Source: Clostridium sp. chh4-2
Lineage (GTDB): Bacteria; Bacillota; Clostridia; Lachnospirales; Lachnospiraceae
Assembly: GCF_002899675.1 (NCBI RefSeq)
Contig: NZ_PKUU01000025.1
Coordinates: 48,555 to 112,554 of the forward strand
Reading direction: 5' to 3'
Length of the DNA stretch: 64,000 nucleotides
In this document: piece after piece, positions 1 to 10,459 of the stretch
Position numbering within the stretch: the stretch's first letter is position 1
Layout: each line of letters opens with the position of its first letter
The notes under the pieces: generated by a model
Seen by the model: the letters and a program-made list of their open reading frames with translations, nothing else
The model's database searches: none
What the model was told of the DNA's origin: nothing
Translations under genes and position numbers: made by a program

Positions 1-1100
1 ATCCGCCCCTGGAATGCCTGTTTACCGTTCAGGAGGAAACAGGTTTGGACGGAGCGAAAGCATTTGATATGAGCAAAATTGATTCCAGGCGGATGATCGG
101 GCTGGATGCGGGATCAGAAGGCGTTTTCCGCATGGGAACCACGACGAAAATCCAGATGACCGCAGCTTTGAAAACGGAACGGGAAGAGACAAAGGGAAAA
201 ACCTATGAACTTCTGGTGGATGGATTAAGGGGCGGGGATCAGGGAGCCAATGTGCCGAAAGAGAGGATCAGCGCCATAAAGATGACGTTTCGGGCTCTCC
301 ATTACCTGAATCAGGATATGGACGTGCGCGTGATTTCCACCGAGAAACTGGGTAAAGGCATACCGGAAGACTGCCGGACCAGAATCTGCCTGGCGGATGG
401 AGAAGAGGCACGCATGAATGAGATTCTGGAGCGTCAGCAGCAGTGCATCAGGCGTGAATATGCGGAAAGCGATCCCGATATCAGAATCCGTGCGGTGCCT
501 GTGCAGGACGGACAAAAAATGATGACCAAAGAATGCAGTGACAATCTGATCAACAGCATTTATCTGATGCCCTATGGAGCCAGGAACAGAAAACCGTGTA
601 AATTGGACGAGGTGAGATGTTCTGTGATCATGAAGAAAATCTACACAGACCCGGATGCGGTCCGTATCTTTTCCGTGATTTCCACAGAGGAGATGATACA
701 TGGAGATGTTCTGGATGAGGAGATGAGAACCTTTGTGCGCACCCTTGGATGGGAAGTGGAATCGGTGGAACTGGATAAAGGCTGGGACTGGGAAGCCGTA
801 TCCCCTATCCGGGATACCATGGTTAAATCCTACGTGGAACTGTACGGTAAGGAACCAGTCGTCAATATCAGCCACGGAGGCAATGACTGCGTGGTGTTCA
901 AGCATAAGATTCCTGAAATGGATATGGTGACCACAGCAGCAACCTATGAAGATTACCATACGCCCAACGAACATCTTTATATGGATTCCTTCGAGCGGGT
1001 TTACTATCTGCTGGAGCGGGTATTGTTCAATTTATCGGAGGAACAGACAGAAACGGATTCCGTGAGGGAGATGAGCCAGGAATGCGCCGGTTTAGTTTAA
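1..1100 (+). CDS. Aminoacyl-histidine (Xaa-His) dipeptidase PepD-like, M20 family, C-terminal fragment; the 5' end runs off the window (no stop codon in frame upstream of pos 45)
   Basis: The frame is open from nt 3. C-terminal region ...YEDYHTPNEHLYMDSFERVYYLLERVLFNL resembles the PepD/M20C C-terminus by eye. Confidence 0.45.
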   Translation, partial: PPLECLFTVQEETGLDGAKAFDMSKIDSRRMIGLDAGSEGVFRMGTTTKIQMTAALKTEREETKGKTYELLVDGLRGGDQGANVPKERISAIKMTFRALHYLNQDMDVRVISTEKLGKGIPEDCRTRICLADGEEARMNEILERQQQCIRREYAESDPDIRIRAVPVQDGQKMMTKECSDNLINSIYLMPYGARNRKPCKLDEVRCSVIMKKIYTDPDAVRIFSVISTEEMIHGDVLDEEMRTFVRTLGWEVESVELDKGWDWEAVSPIRDTMVKSYVELYGKEPVVNISHGGNDCVVFKHKIPEMDMVTTAATYEDYHTPNEHLYMDSFERVYYLLERVLFNLSEEQTETDSVREMSQECAGLV

Positions 1101-1155
1101 AGGAAGTATAAATCTTATAAAAATTCATTTTGCGAAAAAGGCCGGTTAAACAGCT

Positions 1156-1214
1156 GGAAAACGTGGAATGAGGAACGGAGCGTTCTGCTCCGTTCCTCAT
1201 TCCACGTTTTTTGT
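1156..1214. terminator. Bidirectional rho-independent terminator between the PepD-like gene (+) and the SNF transporter (-)
   Basis: Perfect 21-bp stem acgtggaatgaggaacggagc / gctccgttcctcattccacgt with loop gttct, followed by TTTTTT. Confidence 0.8.
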
Positions 1215-1255
1215 GCCTTTCGGCTGATTAGAATTTTCATACACCTATTATATAC

Positions 1256-2650
1256 CTATGACAAGCCCTGCCCCTTGCCCAAAGTAAAGTAGAGAATCAC
1301 CACGATTACGGCTGGAGCCATAAACCGGACGGAAAATGCCCATATTTTTTTGAGGGCAAACGGATGACCGGAAGTTTCCAGTTCCCTGGAGGCATTTTTT
1401 GTTCCCCAGATCCATCCGGTAAAGAGGCAGAAGCACAGAGCTCCCAACGGTATCATCAGGTTATCCGTGAATTTTTCCATGGCGGCGTTCATGGGAATCC
1501 GGTGTAGGCCGTTGGTGAAATCAAACCACGGAAGGCGGATGTCCACAGCTCCCTGGGACAGGGAATAACCGGCGCTGAGAACGCTCATAGGAACCGCTAA
1601 AAAGAGGGTGGCCTTTAACCGGGACAGATGAAATTCCTCGGTCAGCCAGGCGATACAGCTCTCCAATATGCTGATGGCGCTTGTTAAAGCCGCTAAAAAA
1701 AGCAAAAGGAAAAATGCGAACCCTAAAAATCTCCCGCCCGGAAGCCGGCTGAATATCTCCGGAAGGGCCATGAAGGCAAATCCTCCGCCCATACCCATGC
1801 CTTCCGGTCCTGCGGTCAGATAGACTACCGGGATGATGGCAAGGCCGGAGAGAATGGCAACCAGGCTGTCCAGGACGCAGATGCAGCCTGCGCTTTTTGC
1901 CAGGCTTTCCGTCTTAGGAACATAGGAACCATAGGTCACCATAATGCCCATTCCCACGCTCAGGGAGAAAAAGGCCTGTCCTAAAGCGGCCACCACAGTA
2001 TCCCCGTTAAAATGCGCCGGGTCCACTCTCAGCATGAATCCAAGCCCCTCTTTGGCTCCGTCCAATGTAAATGCATAGATCACAATTCCCAGAAGAAGAA
2101 CGAAAAGGCCGGGCATCAGAATCTTGCTGACCCGTTCGATTCCCCCGGACACTCCGTGCACCACCACATAGATGCACATAGAAAAGAATGCGGCCGCCCA
2201 CAAAAGAGGTTCCACCGGTTTTGATATAAAGCCGGAAAAATACGCGGTGAACACGCTCGCTCCGTCGGCTGCAGAACCAAAATCAGCGCTCGATAAATAA
2301 ACCCAGACGTATTTCATAACCCATCCGCCCACGATGGTATAATAGGAAAGAATCACAAATAAGGTCAAAACCCCGATTCCTCCTGCAAAACTCCAATGGC
2401 GGTTTAGCTGCCTGAATGCACCGATCACATTTTTCTGGGTGCTCCGTCCGATGGAGAGTTCAGCCAGCATGACAGGAAAACCGATGAAAGCCACGATTAA
2501 AATGTAGCAGATTAAAAAAGCCCCTCCGCCGTTTGCAGCCACTTTTCCGGGGAATTTCCAGATATTTCCCAATCCGACGGCGCTTCCCGCGGCGGCCAAT
2601 ATGAAGCCTAAGTTGCTGGCCCATTGGCTTCGTTTTTGTTTTTGTTCCAT
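1256..2650 (-). CDS. Sodium-dependent transporter, SNF (neurotransmitter:sodium symporter) family
   Basis: N-terminal WASNLGFILAAAGSAVGLGNIWKFP signature; 464 aa polytopic membrane protein. Confidence 0.85.
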   Translation of the reverse strand: MEQKQKRSQWASNLGFILAAAGSAVGLGNIWKFPGKVAANGGGAFLICYILIVAFIGFPVMLAELSIGRSTQKNVIGAFRQLNRHWSFAGGIGVLTLFVILSYYTIVGGWVMKYVWVYLSSADFGSAADGASVFTAYFSGFISKPVEPLLWAAAFFSMCIYVVVHGVSGGIERVSKILMPGLFVLLLGIVIYAFTLDGAKEGLGFMLRVDPAHFNGDTVVAALGQAFFSLSVGMGIMVTYGSYVPKTESLAKSAGCICVLDSLVAILSGLAIIPVVYLTAGPEGMGMGGGFAFMALPEIFSRLPGGRFLGFAFFLLLFLAALTSAISILESCIAWLTEEFHLSRLKATLFLAVPMSVLSAGYSLSQGAVDIRLPWFDFTNGLHRIPMNAAMEKFTDNLMIPLGALCFCLFTGWIWGTKNASRELETSGHPFALKKIWAFSVRFMAPAVIVVILYFTLGKGQGLS

Positions 2651-3018
2651 GATAACCCCTCATTCTGCCTTACCGGAGACCTGTTTTCTTAAACCTCCGG
2701 TGGTAAGGCTTTTCATAAAATAAGCCGGCAATCCGGCGAAATATCGTGTTTATTTTATCACAGCCTCTTCGATGCGTCTACCCTCTTAAAGAATCCGGCC
2801 TGACGGCCAAACCCCTCCCACGGACTATGAATGGTACCGATCTTATATAAATAAATGTTATGATAAAGCTCCTTATGTGAAATTTGTGTAAAATGTCCAA
2901 CTTGTATTGACATTCCTATATACTTATGATACATTTATTACAAGTTAACACATATTATAAAAGTATAACAAGATGAAAAAGGGGTCATTTGTTTCTCACA
3001 CAAGAAAGGAGGACGTCG

Positions 3019-3915
3019 ATGAACGATTCACCGATGATTGCAGGAAGAGGGAAAAAGAGATTTTCTAAAAAGGTTGAGCCGTTTCTTTACTTACTGCCGG
3101 CTGCAGCATTTTTTGCGGTTTTCACTTTTTACCCGTTTGTCAAAACGATTTACAGCAGTTTCTTTTTAGTCAATGCAAAAGGGGAGATCAGAAACTTTGT
3201 CGGCATGGAGAATTACATCCATGTATTGTCTGATCCAAAGTTTATTAAGTCAATCGGTAACACACTCATTTATGTGGCCTTGTCTTCTCCGGTAGCGATT
3301 ATAATCTCTCTGGTGCTGGCCATGCTTTGCTGCAAGAAGACAAAAACATCTTCCATCTATGAGACGATGTTTGCCATCACCATGGCCATGTCATTATCCG
3401 TAACGGCCATGATCTTTAACCTTCTCTATAACCCGACAATTGGAGCGTTAAACCATCTGGTAGGCCAGAAGATCCGCTGGCTGGGCGATCCCAAGATTGC
3501 GATGATTTCCCTCAGCATCATAGCGGTGTGGATGAACATCGGTTACAATTTCCTGTTTCTTTTGGCGGCGGTCAGAGGTGTTCCGGCTGAACTTTTGGAA
3601 AGCGCGGAAGTGGACGGCGCCGGGACGGTGAAAAAGGCGGTTAAGATCGTGGTTCCCCTCATTTCCCCAACCGTATTTTTCCTGATCTGCAATTCATTGG
3701 CGAAGAATATGATGATGTCCGGGCTGGTGCTGATTCTGACGGAAGGCGGGCCGCAGGGTTCCACCCAGACCATGATTTCCTATATGTTCCAGCAGTCCAT
3801 TAATAACCAGAATTATAATGACGGATATGCCGCTGCAATCATCGCATTCATTCTCACATTTGCGGCTATGTGCCTGAGTTTTGCATTTGAGAAGAAAGGG
3901 GTGCATTACCAATGA
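3019..3915 (+). CDS. ABC sugar transporter permease (MalF/UgpA-type)
   Basis: Binding-protein-dependent transport inner-membrane protein features; aaggagg RBS 7 nt upstream of ATG 3019 (the track start at 2989 lies upstream of the RBS). Confidence 0.8.
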   Translation: MNDSPMIAGRGKKRFSKKVEPFLYLLPAAAFFAVFTFYPFVKTIYSSFFLVNAKGEIRNFVGMENYIHVLSDPKFIKSIGNTLIYVALSSPVAIIISLVLAMLCCKKTKTSSIYETMFAITMAMSLSVTAMIFNLLYNPTIGALNHLVGQKIRWLGDPKIAMISLSIIAVWMNIGYNFLFLLAAVRGVPAELLESAEVDGAGTVKKAVKIVVPLISPTVFFLICNSLAKNMMMSGLVLILTEGGPQGSTQTMISYMFQQSINNQNYNDGYAAAIIAFILTFAAMCLSFAFEKKGVHYQ

Positions 3916-4745
3916 CAAGTAATCCAAGAAAGCGTTTTTTCAGTATCCTGTTTCAGGTCTTATGCATAGCGGCAGGCTGCATTGTTATCTCGCCGATTCT
4001 TTATGCGGTCAGCGTTTCCTTCATGGATTCCGATCAGATTCTGAACACGGAATTGTCTCTGCTCCCGCGGAGAATCCAGTTTGAAAACTACAAGATTGCC
4101 CTGAGCACCACTCCGTTGATCCGCTATATGTGGAACTCCCTGGTGATTGCGGGAAGTTCCAGCCTGATCCGTGTGCTGACGGCCAGCATGGCGGCATTTG
4201 CATTCGCATTTCTGACTTTCAGAGGGAAAAATGTGATTTTCATGCTGTTCATGGCCACCATAATGGTTCCGGCGGACTGCCTCTTGGTTACCAATTACCA
4301 GACCGTCTCCAAGCTGGGGCTGATCAATACATACATCGGCATGATGATCGTCTTTTGCGCATCGGCCCTCAACATCCTGATGATGAGACAGAATTTTCTG
4401 TCATTTTCCAATGAACTTTATGATGCGGCCAATGTGGACGGCTGCGGAAACTTCCGCTTTTTCACCAGGATACTGCTTCCGCTTAACAAGTCAGTTCTGA
4501 CTACAGTATTCATATCCGCTTTCATCGGCACCTGGAATACATACCTCTGGCCGATGCTGGTGACGAATAAAAATGATATGAGAACCGTGCAGGTGGGAAT
4601 CACCATGTTAAACTTCCCCGACGGTACGGTATACGGCCCCATCATGGCGGCTGCAACAATTGTTTTGGTGCCCACGATCTTAGTTTTCATCATCTTTAAA
4701 AAGCAGATCGTAAGCGGCATTATGGTAGGTTCTGTTAAGGGATAA
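3912..4745 (+). CDS. ABC sugar transporter permease (MalG/UgpE-type)
   Basis: Overlapping start (ATGA) with the upstream permease; EAA-like loop ...NELYDAANVDGCGNFRFFTRILLPL. Confidence 0.8.
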   Translation: MTSNPRKRFFSILFQVLCIAAGCIVISPILYAVSVSFMDSDQILNTELSLLPRRIQFENYKIALSTTPLIRYMWNSLVIAGSSSLIRVLTASMAAFAFAFLTFRGKNVIFMLFMATIMVPADCLLVTNYQTVSKLGLINTYIGMMIVFCASALNILMMRQNFLSFSNELYDAANVDGCGNFRFFTRILLPLNKSVLTTVFISAFIGTWNTYLWPMLVTNKNDMRTVQVGITMLNFPDGTVYGPIMAAATIVLVPTILVFIIFKKQIVSGIMVGSVKG

Positions 4746-4785
4746 ACCCAGAAAATACAGAAAAAAGAAGGAGGAAATTACACTT

Positions 4786-6216
4786 ATGAAGAGAGCTATG
4801 AGTATCTTATTAGCAGCCGCTATGACAGCGGGACTGACCGCATGCGGCGGATCAGGAAGTGCGCCGGAACCGGCAAAGAGCAGTGAAGCAGCAACAACGG
4901 CAGCAGCAGGAAGCGAAGCGGCCAAAGAAACGAGCCAGTCCGAGGCGGGCGGCGCTGTGAGAGTGGAATACTGGCATACCATGACGGGAGCCAATGAAAC
5001 GGCAATTAACGCAGTAGTGCAGAAATTCAATGAAACCGTTGGCAAAGACAAAGGCATCACGGTGGAATGCATTTTCCAGGGCGACGATATCAATGAAAAG
5101 TTAAAGACCTTGTATCAGGCCAAGGATACGGCCAATTTCCCGGACTGCGCCATGATCGCCAATGCAGGAATTCCTTCTATTAAAGACTATGAGCAGGTGA
5201 TTCCCACAGAAGATATGTATGCGTCGGGAAAAGATGTGACGGTAAAGAAAGAAGACCTTCTGCCAAATGCGGCCAGAGCGGCCAGCTATCAGGAACGGAT
5301 GATCGCCATGCCGTTTAATGCATCTGCAATTCTTCTCTATTATAACAAAGATATGTTTAAAGAAGTCGGACTGGATCCGGAAAATCCGCCTGCAACCATC
5401 GCAGATATGGCGGACTGCATAGCCAAATTGATGCAGAAGGACGATAAAGGCCAGGTTACACGTTACGGTCTTAATGTGGCGGTCAGACGTTACCAGCTTG
5501 CAAACTGGATCGGAATGCAGGGCGAATACAACTTCTTTGGAGACAACGAAGGCGGCCGCACCGGAATGATGAGCAAGGTCACATTCGGCGAAGACGGAAC
5601 GTTAATGAATTACTTAAATGAATGGGATAAAGTGGTTAAAACAGGCGGATATAAAGAAGTGGAAGACAACATCAACGAAGAATTCTCCATGCAGTTATTC
5701 GGAATGGCAGTTATGTCTTCCGCACGTATCGGCAAGATCACAAGCTTAGTGGGAGATAACTTTGACTGGGGAACCGCATACCTTCCAAAGGTAAGCGCAG
5801 ATGACAAAGGCGGAGTAGCCGTAGGCGGTTCCAGCACAGTTATGTTCGACCGCGGAAATCCGGATGTTGTGGATGCGGCCTGGATCTTTACCCAGTATCT
5901 GACAAGCCCCGAGGCACAGTATGATTTCTGCAGCGCGACCGGATATATCCCGGTTAATAACGGTACATACGACCTGGATGAGATGAAGACCTTCCTGGAA
6001 GAAAATGATAAGTTTGCGGTTGCATGCGATGAACTGAGAAATTCCAATCCAAACGTACAGGAACCATTTGATATCATCAACTGGGAAATCGACGGAATCA
6101 TCCGCGACAACATGGAATTGTTCGGAAGCGGACAGCAGGATATTCAGACCACCCATGACAACATTGTCAATGACTGCAACGATAAACTTTCCAACTATGT
6201 AAGAGCAAATCAGTAA
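4786..6216 (+). CDS. ABC transporter substrate-binding lipoprotein (extracellular solute-binding protein family 1)
   Basis: Lipobox MKRAMSILLAAAMTAGLTACGG; Ser/Ala-rich linker; about 476 aa, typical of sugar SBPs. Confidence 0.8.
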   Translation: MKRAMSILLAAAMTAGLTACGGSGSAPEPAKSSEAATTAAAGSEAAKETSQSEAGGAVRVEYWHTMTGANETAINAVVQKFNETVGKDKGITVECIFQGDDINEKLKTLYQAKDTANFPDCAMIANAGIPSIKDYEQVIPTEDMYASGKDVTVKKEDLLPNAARAASYQERMIAMPFNASAILLYYNKDMFKEVGLDPENPPATIADMADCIAKLMQKDDKGQVTRYGLNVAVRRYQLANWIGMQGEYNFFGDNEGGRTGMMSKVTFGEDGTLMNYLNEWDKVVKTGGYKEVEDNINEEFSMQLFGMAVMSSARIGKITSLVGDNFDWGTAYLPKVSADDKGGVAVGGSSTVMFDRGNPDVVDAAWIFTQYLTSPEAQYDFCSATGYIPVNNGTYDLDEMKTFLEENDKFAVACDELRNSNPNVQEPFDIINWEIDGIIRDNMELFGSGQQDIQTTHDNIVNDCNDKLSNYVRANQ

Positions 6217-6234
6217 AAGAAAAGGAAATCTGTT

Positions 6235-7047
6235 ATGGTAAAACTAGTTGTCAGTGATATGGACGGCACGCTTTTAGCCCAGAACTCGGTTCTGGGCGGG
6301 CGAGCCGTCAGGATGATTCAAAAGCTGAAGGAGAAGGGCATTCTTTTTACGATGGCCACCGGCAGAAGCCAGTGCCTGAGTGAAAAATATGAGGAACTCC
6401 TGGGGCTGGAAATCCCCTATATCGCCTGTAACGGCGCTGTGATTTTACAGAGGGGAAGAATAATAAAACAGCATCAGATCGCTTTAAAGGGGCTGCGCTC
6501 TCTTATAGAAGAGGCAGACCGTCTGGATATGTCCGTGGTGTTCAGTATAGGCGGCAGCGAATTTTACTATAAAGAAACTCCATGGATTTTAGATCAGAGA
6601 AAAGAACAGGGGTATTATCAGGACCCCATGATACTTTCAGAGGAAATCTGGAATCACACGCTTTTGGAAAAGCTGATGATTATGGATAACCGCCGTACCG
6701 GACGGATTGCGCTGATGGAAGAGCTGTGCAGGAAGCTTCCGCCCGAATACGGCTTTACAAGATATACGGATATGTCGGTTGAGATCGTAAACTGCCGGGC
6801 CACCAAGGCCAGCGCCGTTCAGTTTCTGGCCGGCTATCTGGGTATCGGAATGGAAGATGTGCTGGCAATCGGCGATCATAAAAATGACTGCGAAATGCTG
6901 AAGGAAGCGGGAATAGGGGCTGCCGTGTCCAATGCGATTCCGGATGCAAAGGAGTGTGCTGATTATGTCGCTTCCGAAGATCATTTGGACGGAGTGATGG
7001 AGGCAGTGCGGGTGTTTTGCAGAATAGATACAGAGGAGGCATCATGA
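6235..7047 (+). CDS. HAD-IIB (Cof-type) sugar phosphatase
   Basis: MVKLVVSDMDGTLL motif I; Cof-like layout with C-terminal GDHKNDCEML motif. Confidence 0.8.
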   Translation: MVKLVVSDMDGTLLAQNSVLGGRAVRMIQKLKEKGILFTMATGRSQCLSEKYEELLGLEIPYIACNGAVILQRGRIIKQHQIALKGLRSLIEEADRLDMSVVFSIGGSEFYYKETPWILDQRKEQGYYQDPMILSEEIWNHTLLEKLMIMDNRRTGRIALMEELCRKLPPEYGFTRYTDMSVEIVNCRATKASAVQFLAGYLGIGMEDVLAIGDHKNDCEMLKEAGIGAAVSNAIPDAKECADYVASEDHLDGVMEAVRVFCRIDTEEAS

Positions 7048-7943
7048 GACTATCAACATCAACATGTATGTATTTTAACCGCCCGGGTGGAATAAAGGCG
7101 TCGGTCACCGATTCCATCCGCCGGATATCAGAAGCCGGTTACCGGGTTCTGGACATGAATTTCCATGATTTTTCCACCTTTCAGACACCCTTTCGGGAGG
7201 ATGGCTGGGAAAGATGGCTGGATCAGGCCATGGAGGCGAAGGAAACGTGCGGGATTGAATTTTCCCAGGGGCATTCCCATTTTTACAACTACTGCGATCC
7301 GGGCATAAAGGACAAAGAATATCTGGACGAACTGATCCGCAGGGGAATTGTGTCCGCAGGGCGTTTGAAGATCAAATGGCTGGTCATTCATGCGGGAACG
7401 GATTTCGATTCGGCCACTCCGGTGAAAAGTTCGAAACAAAAGGCATTGGAATATTTTAAACCGGTGATTGAACTGGCGGCAGAAAACGGGGTGGGCATTG
7501 CGATTGAAAACCTTTGGGATCTCAACATTTCACCCAAAAGGCGTTATACCACAACGGCGGAAGAACTGGTGGATCTGGTGGATTCCCTTCCCTATGACAA
7601 CGTTGGGATCTGCTGGGACGCGGAACATGCCAGCATCATGCAGCAGAGCCAGACAAGCGCCCTGAACCTGATTGGAAACCGTTTAAAGGCCACCCACATC
7701 TCGGATCATAACGGGAAAAATGACGACCACATCCTTCCTTTCATGGGCGCTACGGATTGGAAGGAGATTATGGAAGCCCTCAATGCGATCGGATATCAGG
7801 GCGACTTTACGTATGAAACCCACCGCTATACCCAGGCTGTCCCGGACGAAGTGATTCCGGCGGCCCTCAGGTACAGCTATGAGCTGGGACAGTATCTTTT
7901 GTCCCTGGTTCAGCCGGATTCAGATAAAATAAATGCCGTTTAG
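7044..7943 (+). CDS. Sugar phosphate isomerase/epimerase, xylose-isomerase-like TIM barrel (FrlC-like)
   Basis: gaggagg RBS with ATG 7044 overlapping the upstream stop (ATGA); ...IHAG...IENLW...WDAEHA motifs typical of AP-endonuclease 2 / TIM-barrel epimerases. Confidence 0.7.
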   Translation: MRLSTSTCMYFNRPGGIKASVTDSIRRISEAGYRVLDMNFHDFSTFQTPFREDGWERWLDQAMEAKETCGIEFSQGHSHFYNYCDPGIKDKEYLDELIRRGIVSAGRLKIKWLVIHAGTDFDSATPVKSSKQKALEYFKPVIELAAENGVGIAIENLWDLNISPKRRYTTTAEELVDLVDSLPYDNVGICWDAEHASIMQQSQTSALNLIGNRLKATHISDHNGKNDDHILPFMGATDWKEIMEALNAIGYQGDFTYETHRYTQAVPDEVIPAALRYSYELGQYLLSLVQPDSDKINAV

Positions 7944-7965
7944 ACGGCAGTGCAGGAGGAACAAT

Positions 7966-9105
7966 ATGAGTGCTACATACGACAATGCAATGAGGCGCCA
8001 GGTCATGAGCCTTCCGGAACTGATGGATGCTCAGTATGCGGATTTGGAGCCTAAAACAAGAAATATCTTATCATTTCAGGAGATCTATTCCTGCCAGAGA
8101 ATTATTCTGACAGGGTGCGGAGATTCTTATGCGGCCACCATGGCAATGAAGCCCATGTTTGAGATTCTGACCGGCATTAAAGTGGATTTAATTCCGGCCC
8201 TGGAACTCTGCCGCTATACCCCGGAGAAACTTTTAACCGGCAATGCGTTCAGCCCTCTCGTGATCGTCGTCAGCAATTCCGGCGGTGCAGCCCGTTTATC
8301 GGAAGCAGTTCAGCGCTGCAACAAATACGGAGCGTTCACCATGGCAATCACCGGAAAACCGGAATCTCCGGTGGGAATGCAGGCAAAACGCGTACTTCAG
8401 CTGGAAATCCCCAGGTTTGAGAGCGCTCCGGGAACCCGTTCCTATCTGGTATGCCTGATGGCGCTGGAATTATTAGCCATCCGCATGGGAGAAGTGAGAG
8501 GCAGATATCCGATGGATCAGGCCTCTGTTTACCGCCACGAAGTGAGGGATCAGGGTAAGGCGCTGGCTGACATGATGCCTCAGATCGACGCCTCTGTATT
8601 AGAGATCGCCGAGGCGTGGAAGGATCTTCCTGCATTTGATTATGTGGGAGCCGGATTTGATTATGCGACAGCTTGGTTTGGCCATGCAAAGATGATGGAA
8701 GCTACGGGAAGATATTCCATGCACATTAATTCGGAAGAATGGTTCCATTTAAACTGTTTCTTAAAGAATGTGGACCAGGTGGGAACCGTTGTTGTGGCAA
8801 ATACCACCAACCCGGGCCTGAGCCGGACGAAAGAGATGATAAAGGCGGCGGCCGGCATGGGAAGAAAGCTGATGATCATAACGGATGGAACGAAAGAAGA
8901 TTTCGGCGTGGACGCCTATTATGTCCGGGTGCCGAAACCCGGAACTCCATACAGCATGCCGCTGACCCAGTTTGTGCCGGTGTGCCTGCTGGCAGCCTAT
9001 CTGATGGCTATGGGAGATGAAAAACAATGCCGCGGCTGTACCGGACCATGGGAATTCTGCCAGGGTGCGGCGGGACTTAAAAACAGTGAGATCGTAATAA
9101 TTTAA
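7966..9105 (+). CDS. Double SIS-domain sugar-phosphate isomerase/deglycase (AgaS/FrlB/GlmS-C family)
   Basis: IILTGCGDSYAATM and VVSNSGG SIS motifs, with a second SIS domain downstream; caggagg RBS before ATG 7966. Confidence 0.7.
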   Translation: MSATYDNAMRRQVMSLPELMDAQYADLEPKTRNILSFQEIYSCQRIILTGCGDSYAATMAMKPMFEILTGIKVDLIPALELCRYTPEKLLTGNAFSPLVIVVSNSGGAARLSEAVQRCNKYGAFTMAITGKPESPVGMQAKRVLQLEIPRFESAPGTRSYLVCLMALELLAIRMGEVRGRYPMDQASVYRHEVRDQGKALADMMPQIDASVLEIAEAWKDLPAFDYVGAGFDYATAWFGHAKMMEATGRYSMHINSEEWFHLNCFLKNVDQVGTVVVANTTNPGLSRTKEMIKAAAGMGRKLMIITDGTKEDFGVDAYYVRVPKPGTPYSMPLTQFVPVCLLAAYLMAMGDEKQCRGCTGPWEFCQGAAGLKNSEIVII

Positions 9106-9117
9106 CAGGAGGCCGCT

Positions 9118-9522
9118 ATGCTGAAAAAATATGATTTACAGACAGAATATAATGATGTGATTAATATAACGGACCAGGTGAAGGAGGCCGTATCCGAAAG
9201 CGGAGTGAAATCAGGGCTTTGCCTGGTGTTCAATCCCCATACCACCGCGTCCATGACCGTGACTTCCTTCTGGGACCCCAAAGGTTTTGAGGATCTTCAG
9301 GATGAGATCTGCCGCCTGATCCCTACTAAAGTGGATTTTAAACATCAGCACGACACGCCGCAGGACGCGGCCGGACACGTGAAATCCTCCCTGATGGGAG
9401 TGGAGATGTGCTTTATTGTAGAAGACGGAAAGCTTCTTTTAGGCGGTTCCCAGGGAATCTTTTTCCTGGAATTCGACGGCCCCAGAAAACGGAAATTCTA
9501 CGTAAAGGTAATCGAAGGATAA
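9118..9522 (+). CDS. YjbQ/UPF0047 family protein (secondary thiamine-phosphate synthase-like)
   Basis: 134 aa; ...LCLVFNPHTTASMTV...FFLEFDGPRKR pattern typical of YjbQ. Confidence 0.65.
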   Translation: MLKKYDLQTEYNDVINITDQVKEAVSESGVKSGLCLVFNPHTTASMTVTSFWDPKGFEDLQDEICRLIPTKVDFKHQHDTPQDAAGHVKSSLMGVEMCFIVEDGKLLLGGSQGIFFLEFDGPRKRKFYVKVIEG

Positions 9523-9533
9523 AATAAAGCCAT

Positions 9534-9590
9534 AAAAATGCCCTGGCAGACGGCATATTCCATTCATGCTGCCTGCCAGGGTATTTTTAT
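9534..9590. terminator. Bidirectional terminator between yjbQ-like (+) and the GntR regulator (-)
   Basis: Stem ccctggcag / ctgccaggg flanked by an A-run and a T-run. Confidence 0.7.
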
Positions 9591-10372
9591 AAAATTTTAT
9601 TGTCAATCTGATAAGAACCGCCGACATTCTTTAAAGTGAGTTTGAAGCGCACCGCGTTGCCGATCCAAAATGTGCTGGAAAGCTCCAACGGAGTCTGGTC
9701 TTCCAAAACGGACAGGCCGTTAACCAGCATCAGCGGAGAATCCGGAGAGATATCCAGAAGATGCGTTTCCTCCAGAGTAGGGCGGGTCACTTCAATCGTA
9801 TCATCCACCTCTGCGGCGATCAGGTTATAATCGTGAGCCAGGGTGGCAGAAAGCTTATTATTGGGAATATCGATGGATTCGATTCCCGGCACAAAATGGG
9901 ATGGAATCCAGGACTTTCCTAAAGCAACCGGCTTTCCATTGGAATAATAGAGCCTGGAAAAATAAAAAACAGGAGAGCCCAAAGGGATCTGAAGCGGGCC
10001 GCAGATTTCTGCCGAAGCCTCTTTAATCACATACTGCTCAACTTTCTCGGCCGTAATATTATAGGACTGGAGGCCGCCGGAGTTAAAACGTTCGCTGGAC
10101 ACCAGATTATAGCTCAGGTTATGGACAAATGGGGAACGGATTTCATTGACAACCGCCGGCTTTCCCTGCTGGCGCTTGATGAATCCATCCCGTTCCAGCT
10201 CTTTTAAAGCCTGCCGGATGGTGATCCTGCTGACCTTATATTCGTCGTTCAGTTTTGCTTCAGAAGGAATTGGCCGTCCCACAGCCCATTCATGGATGGA
10301 GATGCGTTTTTTCAGATCGTTATATACCTGATAATACGCAGGGATGGGAGAGTTCTTATCAATGGAATGCAT
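9587..10372 (-). CDS. GntR/HutC-family transcriptional regulator with UTRA effector domain (FrlR-like)
   Basis: N-terminal wHTH ...VSRITIRQALKELERDGFIKRQQGKPAVV; 261 aa. Confidence 0.85.
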   Translation of the reverse strand: MHSIDKNSPIPAYYQVYNDLKKRISIHEWAVGRPIPSEAKLNDEYKVSRITIRQALKELERDGFIKRQQGKPAVVNEIRSPFVHNLSYNLVSSERFNSGGLQSYNITAEKVEQYVIKEASAEICGPLQIPLGSPVFYFSRLYYSNGKPVALGKSWIPSHFVPGIESIDIPNNKLSATLAHDYNLIAAEVDDTIEVTRPTLEETHLLDISPDSPLMLVNGLSVLEDQTPLELSSTFWIGNAVRFKLTLKNVGGSYQIDNKIL

Positions 10373-10459
10373 AAATTCACCGCACTTTTCTTTTAATCTT
10401 AATTAATTGATTATAAGAGAAAAATACATAAAAGTCAATGATTACAGGAGGTAGCAAAC

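Noticed and set aside
225-974. Long antisense ORFs overlapping annotated genes (e.g. 225..974 -, 12216..12650 -, 26809..27351 -, 39884..40357 -, 53780..54205 -)
   Set aside because: They are embedded opposite strongly supported, homology-backed genes, lack RBS, and have low-complexity or Arg/Pro-rich composition typical of antisense frames in GC-moderate DNA.
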